Positions 11,604 through 22,850 of a stretch of DNA of 40,200 nucleotides are shown here, piece after piece; position 1 is the stretch's first letter, and every line of letters begins with the position of its first letter. The stretch lies in NCBI GenBank assembly GCA_013115145.1, contig JAAPAO010000316.1, forward strand, positions 1-40,200, written 5' to 3'. The translations under genes were made by a program, and so were the position numbers. Below the pieces are notes generated by a model, which made no database searches, was not told the origin of the DNA, and worked only from the letters and a program-made list of their open reading frames with translations. The DNA comes from Perkinsus chesapeaki ATCC PRA-425 (taxonomy: Eukaryota; Protista; Perkinsozoa).

Positions 11604-14600
11604 TCAGAACTCCTCCTCGTCTCCTTCAGAATGAGGGGTGTATCTTCGTAGAATAGATCGAGCTCGCCTCGCCGCAGCACGTCGAAGCATAGTTATTGAA
11701 TGCTCTGAAAATGACAAGACGCTATCACATTGACTTCCTCATCTTCTTACGGTCATTGGCTTTCTCTACACGACCATGGTAATGGCGACCACCGAGCTTA
11801 CGGCTGCGCTTGGCAATCTTGGCTACAGCCTTACCAGCTGGATTGGTGTGCAACCACTCCTGAGAATGAAAGGTTCTATTGCTAGAAATGACAGGCGTCT
11901 ACCTCCACGAGAGGGTTCGCATAGTCATAACCGACATCGGCAATCGTTTGGTATCTAATTAATGACACTGCGATTAATTGCTGCAACTGAGCAACATACT
12001 TGTGGAAATCAAGCAGAGTAAACTGGTCAATCGGTGGACGAAGTGCAAGGTCTATTTGCCGAGACCGGGCATCGTTCTTGGCGCTATCCGAGATGTACAT
12101 CAAACCTGCAAAGATAATCTTAATAATGCAGCCCGACGCAATAGAATAGGGTAATGCGTGTTTTCGCTCGCGGCTAAAAATTTGCGCGCCAAGATATCAA
12201 TAGATAGGCATGAAACGGTTGATCGATTTAATATCATTGTACTACCCATGTTTAATATTTCAAGTTAATATCAATATTGAGTGACAAATAGAAAGTATAC
12301 AAATTATTTTATTTCACCGTTTCGGGCTGCAGTCGGATTAGCTCGGACTCACGTTCTTGAATATCTCCTAGAGATGGTGGGCTCAACTGATTGCCTCTGC
12401 GAAGGCAACGGTCAACGCCCATAAATGAGGATGCCGCTCGAACCTGCCAAGGAGTAACCATTACAGGAAATGCGTCGTGACTTGTTAATGAAATAGGTAA
12501 AGCGATCTCACAGAGCTACACCTTTTCCCGTGCAAGTTTGACAAATGTCCAGACAATGTCAATGTCTTCCCCAAAAATGACAATAAGTATTCATGTTTGA
12601 CACAAGTGGAAATTATCGGGTCCAAGCTTGACAATACGCAATCATCTTTGACACACCCTTGATTTATCGGGTCCAAGTTTGACAGCATTTTCACCAAGAA
12701 TGACAATAAACAGCCAAGTTTGACAATACGCGCCCAAGTTTAGCACAAGTAAACCCGAAACTGCAGCCTACCAAAGCTGGAACGCCAGACAGTGAATCGC
12801 CATAATCTGAACGAATCGGGTTGAACTCTGACGCCACATCAACACTTATAACCACGCCTGAAAATGATGAGCTTAAAAGGTGAGGTGAAAGATACTTACG
12901 AGCTCCCATGGCACGAAGGTGCTCCACAGGGAAGTTATTAACATAGGCACCGTCAACTAAGAGGCTGCCTGGCTGATTCTCATCTGGCATAGGGGGAATC
13001 TGAAAAACAAATCTCCGGGTAGGAGATTGCAAGGAGCTTACAAATCCCGCCAGACTCATAGATGCTCTCACAGCTTTCCAGAGTGCACCAGAATCGTGGA
13101 CTCTCTCACGGAAGCTGACTATATCAGTGGAGATGCAAATAAATGGCAACCATAAATCCTCAATTCGAACCTAACCATAATGTGCCACGATAGAAGCATG
13201 CTGCTGCGGACCTGAGCGAAGGCTCTCTGAAGTGCATTGTTGAGCAAATGCCCTTTAAGGTAGGCAGTGGAAGGGAATGTGAGATCGGTTAGGACGCTCA
13301 TCAATGTGAAGGACTCTTTGAAAACCTGACGATGAAATGCGTAACATACCTTTATTGTGATGTACTGAAGGGCATTGCAAAACGTCGCAAGTGACCTTGA
13401 CAGCTCAGAAATCACAAAGTGTTCATAAATAAGGTATAGGGATAATCATAAAGCTTTTCGGTAAAGCTCAGTGTGAGCCAGGACGATATGAATACCAAGT
13501 GCTACCAGGAGCGGGTTCTAGTTTTGTGTGACAGTAGGAACGCTTCGAGATATGACTCATGTAGCCGTAGTAAATGGTATATTTCCAATCGAATACACTT
13601 AACAAGGTTTATGCGTTAGTTTCGCCATTCCAGGCCGCATCTTGACCATATCACACAGTGAGAGACGTTCCTCTCACCCGTCCAACTAGATTCATCATGG
13701 TCTTATAGCTCCCTGTCATCGCAAATACAGCAGCAACAAAACTGCCCATACTAACACCGGCTATCATATCAACGGGAACGCCATGCTCTGTCAGCGAACG
13801 AACAACCTGAGAAGGGGCACGGGTTCAATTCCTGGTGAAGGCGTTATAAAAACTCGCTTACCCCAAAGTGAGCACATCCTCTAGCTCCACCTCCACCAAG
13901 CATCAAAGCTACAGCTCGTCCACTGAGGGTCCTAGCCACATCGAAAATGATGAATCCAATGCCTGTAATTCCCACCTTGCTATTCTTTCCCAATCTCTAT
14001 GCTCCATGGGCCCAGAGCGGATGTGATGACAAGCGCTCAACCACGGGCGAACCTGCATTAGAATAAAACGACGAGGGTACCAGAAGGCTGCCGCTGCACC
14101 TCCATGAACTTCCTCGTTGCCGGTTGCTCATCCAGCCCTGCTTCTTTAATTGCATGCTTGATGTAGTTGCGCAAACCAGGCTTAAGGAGATCACGATAAG
14201 GCGCTGCGGTATTGGCAAACTCCCGCCTGATGAGAACTGATCGGTGGTAGTGCGAGACGCTTACCTGCTTTCCCTGTGGAGCAGCAAAAGCTCAGTCCTG
14301 GAATTTGGCGACACGCACACTCTCTCCGCAAATGTCAAACTAGTGTCACCATCGAACCATGATAACAACAAAACCTGAGACGAAAATATTCTCGCGCGCC
14401 ACATAATTGTCCTCACAGTATCAGCTTGCTTAGCACACAGTTTGGTCCACTCGCTTATAGTAGCGCCATCACCGCAGGGGTCAGCCTCGTACACAACAAC
14501 ATCTGTGCGCTCCTCCAGTTCACCGAGGGCCACTGCTCGTTGGGCATATCTTCTACCCTGCCAACGGCATGCAGTGGTGTAACGAGCATCCTCCTACTAG

Positions 14601-17600
14601 GAGATCCACCAGCGCCTTGCGACCGCTGATGTCCGCGGAAACCTCATCTTCATGTGTAGCCAAATAACGATCGTTGCCACTGTACATGTAGGTACGGTCG
14701 ATATGTGTTGCTGAGATACCAACCATACGAAGGGAGTCCACAAGTGACATGCAGGCTGCATGAAGGGGCACCTGAGAGATGGATCGTATGCTGCAAAGGA
14801 TAAGCAACTTTTGCTTCATTACAAATACAGTGTAAACCGAACGGTAATGACATTATAAGAGTTATTTTCGGTCGTGATGATTCTAAACTTAGTCTTTATA
14901 TTCGTCTAAAGGGACACGTTACGACAAAAAACAGATTTGCGTAACAGTTTGGGTCACACCGTACATCTCACTAATAGGTACATGAAGATAGTAGTCCTGT
15001 GCTCAACCAGATATGCAAGAGAATGCCATCACGATAACTAGACATTTTTTGAACTCCCCGGATGGCGTACGCCGACCGCTCGGCGAAATTGTTGGCGGTT
15101 GTTCAACTAACAGGCATATCAATACTAGTTGATCATTGCTAATTGATCAGCATCAGCTGCGAGCAGAAATGTTGACAAATGTTGTAGCCGACAAGTGGAA
15201 GTATTCAACAGTTGCAGTATTTGCCTGCTATTGATCTCCAAGATGCCTACATCAGTTGACAGTCCCATCACACAAATGGTTGTAGGTGTTCTATTAGATG
15301 ATGTCAGAGAGTCGGGAATCCTTGTGGATGTCTGAAGCAGCAGCAGCATCCATGACTCATACGATGCAATAAAGCTGAGCTCACAATCTCAGCAGTTCCG
15401 CTTCCATAGTTTAGGGTTCCTAAATGCTGTCTCTGCACTTCGTCATTTGAAGAGGAGGAAGATAATATTGACGACTGCCTACTAGCGATCCATGCCGCGA
15501 AGTTGAGTAGAGCTCGGGGGCATTCGGCAACTGAGTAGCCATACCAAGCAGCAACAAGACGGAGATTCTCAGACCCTACCCATCAAGTTAAGCATCATAT
15601 CGGTAACACAGCAGAGCTCCGAGTCCCTTACAGCGACCACGTTTTCGGTGTAGCTAAGCGAATGGGTAGTAGTGGCATCACATCTCAAAACATGCTTACT
15701 CTTCCCTTGCCAAGCATTCTCTCTCGCCGATCACGTCACCTCGCACATAGGTCCGTAGAATCGGTCTTACCCTCTTCTTACGGCCATAGCGCTCTGATGT
15801 CTTTGGATCGCCGACCGAAACTAGTCGACCGGATAAGACCTGAGCAGCGAACCGAGTAACCCGGGTTCGAACCTCGGGCCAGGCACTTTCTGCGCACTTA
15901 CAATATAGAAGCCGTGAGGAGTATCTCCCGCGTTGAACAGATGCCTATAAAGAAGCAATGATCCACAACGGAGTCACGAATGCTGAGAGTCTTACTTAGA
16001 CGCCTCCAAAGGCCTCCACTCGATACTGGCATCAATCCTATGCAAAAGGTCGTTGGTTCGACCCGCGGTGGTGGCAAACATCGACAGCATGCTAACAGGG
16101 GCAATCGATTGGACATAAGCAATCTGAAGTGAGAAAATTAGGGAAATGCTGTTGGCTCTTGCTCGGCCGATCGAGCGCAGAAATACGTTCACCAAACGCC
16201 CCCAGTAAATACGCTCATCAATACTGAGGTTCGCGAAGACCGTCCGAAATTCTCTCGAGAATTCTCCTCAACACTTTCTATCGCTGTCGGATACTGTTGG
16301 AATATATACGTTTGCGTGGGAAAATTTGAGCGAATCCCGAAATTTCTGAAAAATTTTCCATATCACTGTACTGTGAGTTTCGTAAAGCGCTATATATTTT
16401 CGTGGCTATCAGATATGATAGGAACATTCATACAAACACGCGGTAAAGAATTATGAGAAGGTTCTGTACTTTCCATCTTTCTGCAACGAGGAGTTACTTT
16501 TCTGTGGCGATTCGGTGATGAAGTCGCGTAGGAGAGCCAAGGTAGAACGACCGAAACCCCAACGCTCTTTACGGATTTGAGCGACTGCTTGCGTATATTT
16601 CAAGAGTCCATAGTAAGATGATTACGAATCAAATTGAACGCTAAACATTAACGTGATGATATTAGATTGTAATACCAATTTATCTTCAAGAATACTACTC
16701 ATTAAAATGTTCTATAACAATACTGTGGAATGCATAGTATAATAAACAAATAAGTGAGAATATTTGCCACTCACAGCTTCCGGTGGTATCGACACCGCAG
16801 TAACCTCCGACATAGTTGTGCTCCTCCAGTCATTAGCTGTTGATGCGCCCATAGTGGACGACAATACACCACTGATGATCAACAGTAATGCTACCACTAA
16901 CTGCTTAACCTACAACATCTCTCCAGGCTGAGGCCTGTATACTTCCCGAGGAGTCCCGTCTGATAGGGACATAGTTACCGAGACATCACCGGAGACCAGA
17001 ACATATAATGGCGAGTGAGAACCTGCCATACCGAGAATGCCCGGAATGCACTGAGCCCAAAAGATCGGCTCGGAGTTCTTTCCGATAAAAGTGCTTATCA
17101 ACTACTGTGCTGAAACGTCGCGCCACTCAGCACGAAGAGTGGCCGAAAATGTCATTGTCGAGTTAGAGCGGGGCAAGCTCGATTTATGAGTAATCGAATA
17201 TGGAGAATTCGATAGAAAAGGAATTAGCTCGAAATTCGACGTACTTATCGATATTTTTGCCCGCCCAGTCCCGCGCATCTCTAGATGTCGCGTACTGTAG
17301 ACAATGGGAAATACTGTACTATCAAGTGTTTCACGTGGTAAACCTTACTCTTAGCTCGAGCCTCCGCCTCCCTTCTGCCCAACTCTGCAGCCTCATCATC
17401 ATCATCGATGTCGTCTACTGATGATGCTGATGTCGTGCTGCTGTCAGAGGTTTGGACTTCAGGAGTCATTTGTCGACCGCTATGGTAGGTGCCGAATCTA
17501 ATAAAACAGCTGATGCAGTAGATAGAACGCAATGTATCGTTTATCCCGCTACATTGCAGATTTCAACGCTACTATTTCCAACGAAGAATTGGTAACTCCG

Positions 17601-19729
17601 ATATCGACTTACCTGATTCCACCGTGAGCTTCTCGAGTCGACTGGAGATACTCCCGAACTTCTTGCCGCAACTCATCCCGATCTGGTCCGCCGGGTATCT
17701 GAAAGCCAGCGTTATTGGGTTATTTCAGATGCATCACTGACCATAGCGTAAGCGGCAATCTCTATAGGGTCCTTAGTGTCGAGAATCTCCTTGGGTACCT
17801 GTGAACGGTTGGGCGTGGGTTCGATCCCCGGGACCGGCAATTCTTACAAATAAATTCTGGGCTCCACTGGAGTTCTTTCTATAAAGCTCATCGGTAAGGC
17901 CAAATAAGCGTGTCAAAGTCGGCAAGATAATCCTTTGGAGACGAAGATTGAGAATTTGGAACAAGTGGAGCATGCTGCGAGCATGGCCACTATCAGTCAA
18001 TAGAAAACGGATGTCCCGGACAGAAAGGGACATACACGTAACGGTATCTAAGGTTGAAGCAAGAAAGATACAAAATAGGTCGAGGTCAGATACTCACCAG
18101 TCATTGCAACAGCTGTGGATACATGAGGGACAGTCGTTGTGTCATCCAATGATAGTAGCATGAACATCAAACCAACTGCAGCGCAACCTGCCGGGACCTG
18201 AGACAAAACGCGTATATGAAATTGCCCTCGAAACAGTGGGGGAAGTTCAAAATATTCAGTTTCGAAACAGAGAATAGATTTTTCTTAAAAAGACGACTTT
18301 GTAGACTTCAAAAAACAGAAAGATGATTTTCTCTCCGATCCACTTTCCAGTAAGTACAGTGTTGAACTATCGGCCGCTCTTCTCTAACTGAGGTCCTCAC
18401 CGATTCGCCATCGAGTTAAACTCCTTATTGCGCACTGCGCAATGCGCAGGGACGAAAAAACTACCAGATTTCCCACAAATCTTATCAGAATTTCCTTGCC
18501 TCGCCAACATGTGATGGATATACATTCTCCAAATTATTTCAGTTATATATCACGTTTTTGCGACCAGCTCAGGCAGACTGGTGACCCTGTACCCCAAATT
18601 CAAATAGCTGTATAGTATTCCGACACTCAACAAGGTCGCCCTTACCGTATATGAGGAATGCTTCCCGCGTGTTGTCACCGAAACCTCACCACTGCGAACA
18701 ATAAGAATCTTATCACGAGGAGCACCTTGACGGAAAAATGCCTCACCCGAGATTTGAACCTGCGTGCATCTACCCTCTTGAAAGAGCTTCTCTCCCTTTT
18801 TGAATGTAACCAAATGCACATGTTTCAGCACTGCCATCAACGTGTTTGACGGCAGCATTGAAAACGCCGAGCATTTCCGGAGGAATTCAGCACGCAGCTG
18901 ATAAATAAGACAGGTTAAATTCGGACGCCTCCCTCGGGCTACTTTGGTTGGCTCATCAGGTTCATCATCACTATAAAAACCGGCACCGTCAGTATCACTG
19001 ACGAACATGTCAACGCCGTGGTCTGAGTGGGAGGGCATGCCTTTCGAATTGACTTGCCTTTTGCCACCTACCAGTACTTTGCCTTCTCAATTTTGGCTGC
19101 TCAACATTCTCATCCTCCTCAACTGATTCTCCTTCAGGATCAACGTATCTTATATCATTGGGAACTAGGGAATGTTAGTCTATATTAGGGCTATCTTATC
19201 CGTAATGTAGATAATAATAATGATATATAATAGTATTAGGGAACTGTCTTGTGTTAATCATATTACAATGCTTAACTGGGCAATAAGGAAGTCAATGAAG
19301 ACTTTCTCAGTAGAACAACTCACTTTTACTGACTGACCTCATTATCACTCAGTAGAAGCGTGTGGTTTGTCAAGAATATATGGCGACCGACAGCAAGAAG
19401 ATACGTATCGGAACGGACACGAGTGGCACACGTTGGGCTCATCTTTCGTGAATAATGAACATAAACAGCGATTTGAATTTCCTCACTGAGCTCTAACTCC
19501 TACCGCTCCTTACTCTTGATTGGCATGCAGGGATCTCCGTTCAACCGTTTCGCCCTGTTCCCCTCTGTTCCTTCTCTCTCTATCAACCCAATAATTAAGA
19601 CCAAAATACGTAGCCACAACAATAGCTACAGCCTAATGGAGACTTCAAACGGCAGCAGGTGCAGTGCTTCCTTACCAACATCACTTTAACACTAAACAGG
19701 AATCTAAGTGCTCCAGCGATGGCGCTCAT
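11604..19729 (-). CDS. NTE1: Neuropathy target esterase-like patatin phospholipase (N-terminal TM, cNMP-binding domains, patatin domain), multi-exon
   Basis: N-terminal anchor MSAIAGALRFLFSVKVMLAVAIVVATYFGLNYW; cNMP segments (LVTFKKGEKLFQEG, LYVLVSGDVSV); NTE-type LRLQRIILPTLTRLFGLTDELY and IDASIEW; patatin motifs LMLGGGGARGCAH, GVSMG (GxSxG), VRASMSLAG, LLVDGAYVNNFP. Termini are inferred from hand splicing. Confidence 0.9.
12533..12731. repeat. Degenerate intronic repeat array (8 TGACA cores)
   Basis: 5x TTTGACA, 1x CTTGACA and 2x AATGACA in ~190 nt; ttatcgggtccaag(c/t)ttgaca duplicated at 12613 and 12664; lies in NTE intron 12444-12771. Confidence 0.8.
13822..13843 (+). repeat. Extended B-box / tRNA-3'-end-like motif E
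   Basis: GG TTCAATT CCTGG TGAAGGC G; NTE intron 13807-13861, antisense. Confidence 0.75.
15861..15885 (+). repeat. Extended B-box / tRNA-3'-end-like motif F
   Basis: CCGGG TTCGAAC CTCGG GCCAGGC A; full T-stem; NTE intron 15840-15901, antisense. Confidence 0.85.
16055..16076 (+). repeat. Extended B-box / tRNA-3'-end-like motif G
   Basis: GG TTCGACC CGCGG TGGTGGC A; in an inferred in-frame NTE intron (16038 to 16079 or 16085), antisense. Confidence 0.65.
17818..17839 (+). repeat. Extended B-box / tRNA-3'-end-like motif H
   Basis: GG TTCGATC CCCGG GACCGGC A; NTE intron 17799-17847, antisense. Confidence 0.85.
18739..18760 (-). repeat. Extended B-box / tRNA-3'-end-like motif I
   Basis: GG TTCAAAT CTCGG GTGAGGC A then TTTTT; NTE in-frame 48-nt intron 18726-18773, sense. 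Confidence 0.8.
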
Positions 19730-21248
19730 TAGTGATGACCAATCCATCGCGGGAAAGGAACTCATTGTGATAAAAACAACTGTTCATTATGGAATATCCT
19801 GGTGGCCTTCCTCAGCTGTGAAATTTTTTAGTCGAATGCAAAAAATGCGATCTTTTATGCCATGGAACGGAAAAATTGACCGAAATTCCCTATATTTTTT
19901 TCAAAATTTGCCGGAGATTTTCCTTTTGGTCGAATATATATTCCAACACCGGCTCACTGCTTATGAGGGGATCCTAAAACTTGTTAGCTCGTTAGGGTGA
20001 AAGTAAAAAGCCAATATATTTCATATTATAGTAAGATTGTATACAAAGGGGAGAACATAGTCCACTGAGCGATCCAATACCGGCCATCCAATACAATGCC
20101 TTACCTTACTCACAGCATACTCTCTGTATGCATTGAGATCAGATATTTATATAAGTCTCAGGCTTTTATAAGAATACACATAATGAGTAAATATAATCAT
20201 AAATGAATAATACATAAGTATATTCGCATTATTCGCAGTTCGCGATATCATATATCAATGATACATTATATAAACGCTATCCACAGTTAGGGCTCCTCCG
20301 AGTTGAAGAAGCCCTACTACCATGAAATGTTGGATGATCCTTCACCCATCAGGGCTAGCATACAGCTCAACACCCAAGAATGCAGCATTGAAACGTTTTT
20401 ATCATCGTTATTATATTTACCATCCAACAGCTGCCGGGCCACCATAATCACCACCATTGCGCACTACGTGCTGGCTGTGCATCAGAGCTGTTGCTCTCTC
20501 AGCCAATACCTATGCAAGTTGCTATCATTATTGCGCATTGAAGACAAACTGCAGAAGGCGCCAAGGCACTGACCATGGCCAGCGGCACAGACAGTGTATT
20601 TACTATGAGCTTGATATTATTTATATAAATCGTCAATACGAACTATTATTCCATTATTCCCAAGCCAAACATATACCACCCGCAAAAGAAGCATTCCCCC
20701 CACGGGCCATCGTCACCCCCAAAGAACCGTGACTTCCCGCTACTTAAACCCGCCCTATTAAACTGGAGAACCCTCTAATGCGAGTAACCTCCGCTCAATC
20801 GAGGCCTGCCTAACTTACAGCTTTCCGGGCACACAGTATTCTGAAAGTGTTGTACTGATTCCTTGTTGTAGCCTCCACATCAGTTGCCATATCATTGCCA
20901 ACGGTATTATTCCCCACACGATCTTCGAGGAACCTGACATACAGCTGTACCGTCACGCGCCACGTTATTCCTCAGATCTCAATACCTGAATTTAATAGGG
21001 AATCTCAGCCCAGAGAGGAATCCTTCATAACCACCCATTCTGAACATCCCCTCAAGCCAGAAATTTACAGCAAAATCGACGTAATAAAATATAAGTAACG
21101 AGCGTTAGGTGATGCGAAGACAACAGGGATCCTCCCTGGAGTTTTGTGGCGCGTGAAAGTCTTGAGCCACCAAAGGTCGAACATCGGATTCTGTCCCAAC
21201 TGCTGTTCTAACTTTGCTGTTCTAACTGCTCACGAGAATGTCACTGTC

Positions 21249-22519
21249 TTACCCTTCCTTATCAGCTCCTTCCTTTATATAAGCCTCCAAGGCTCCTAAA
21301 GCTCGCTCTAGTTGTGAAGACAAGTCCTGCAGCCTTCTATTAAGTTCTGGCGGAAGCTCTCGTGAGAGGTATGCTGATGGTAGGGGCAATGCTGGAGCAC
21401 TGGGGGTAGCGTTGTATGATCCGAACTGAACATGAAGATGCTCAGAAATATGACAAAACCAACGAGAGAGAATGATACTATTGGATCCTAGGGGTGAAAA
21501 CAAGTAGTTACGAATGCTATTCAATTAGGCTGGCGAGCTCCGAAAATATCTTGGATTTTATCGGCAGTAAAGAATGAGTATCTGGGGTATCCTATGATCC
21601 GAAGGAAATATGGTATTATTAATAACCCTGTTGGCCTCACCGTTCCCACTGATCCTCTATTAGCCTGCGACCTTTCCAATTGAGACCATCGCTGGCTAGC
21701 ATAGCTCGCCACCCGTCTGTGTAAATCATTCACTGCCGACTCCAAATCAGACAATGCAGCTTGCGCTGTGGATAGCAATCTAATGACACAGCTTTGCAGA
21801 GGCGCAGGTTCGATCCCGGGCACGAGCATTTCTTACGCTTGTATATGCCCGGCATCCTGCTCCCTCTGTGCTACTGCTGAACGGATAGAGTCTACTTTTG
21901 GAGCGATCTGCCCTCTTAACTGAGAACGAGCAAAATTGTCCACGTGGAATAGATGAACTAGGAAACCCAAAGCTTTGGGTTCAGCAGCTCTACTATGGCG
22001 ATATTGATCCCGAAGCACTTCAGTGTGTTCGACCTCGCTAGTGATTTCCATCACTTTAATTTCTGCATTTCTAGCACCTCGTAATTGATTGCATGACAAT
22101 CGATATAATATAAGAAAGCAAATTCAACGCTCATTTTTCTCACGCGCATCATAAATAGTACGAGTAGCCGGGATTCATCCAGCCTCGCAGGGCTATAGCC
22201 TCAGCGCAGGAGTTGGTATATGCTCCTATGAATCGGATGTGATATTGTAATATAAATAATACGTATAATGCTGATGAATGTAATGATATCGACACATAAT
22301 CGTAGCAGCCACCGATGCTCCTCCACTCCTTCAGCTTTCTTTTACAAAGACCGGCCAAGTTAGAAATATATCGCATGCTATCGGTATCCTCACCATATCC
22401 TTAATTTGGTCCAATTTCTTTTGGTTATTATCAATCTCATTATGGACTTGTTCCACCTGCTGCTTGAACTGACCATTCACAGCTCCAGCTTGACGTAAGG
22501 TAACAGCAGATGTTGACAT
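21249..22519 (-). CDS. Hypothetical coiled-coil protein, multi-exon (may extend to ~20600)
   Basis: Heptad-rich ORF pieces (QQVEQVHNEIDNNQKKLDQIKDM; AQAALSDLESAVNDLHRRV; LNRRLQDLSSQLERALGAL); in-phase GT-AG intron at 21792-21836. Confidence 0.5.
21807..21828 (+). repeat. Extended B-box / tRNA-3'-end-like motif J
   Basis: GG TTCGATC CCGGG CACGAGC A then TTT; 45-nt intron 21792-21836, antisense. Confidence 0.85.
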
Positions 22520-22850
22520 GGATAAACCTACTACCCCTAGAATTGAGAGAGAGTTCCGAAAAAAAGGAGGATTTTATGAGGAAATATTTCTACAAGAAAA
22601 GTTGGTGCAGAAAATTCGAACAAAAGCATCACAAAATTCTCTATGGAATTCAGAAAAAAAATTTTTCCCAAATTATTGATCATTAATGGCTAATCGTTAT
22701 TTACGCGGCCCGCAGCCCTGAGCATTTTCGCGATTCTAGGGACTTTCGTTGTATAACTGAGCCAGCCTAACAGAGCAACACAAGGTGGTCGATTCCCGAC
22801 AAACACAAAGCACTTGGGCTCCGGAAACTCCTCGGCAAACCCAACATGTT

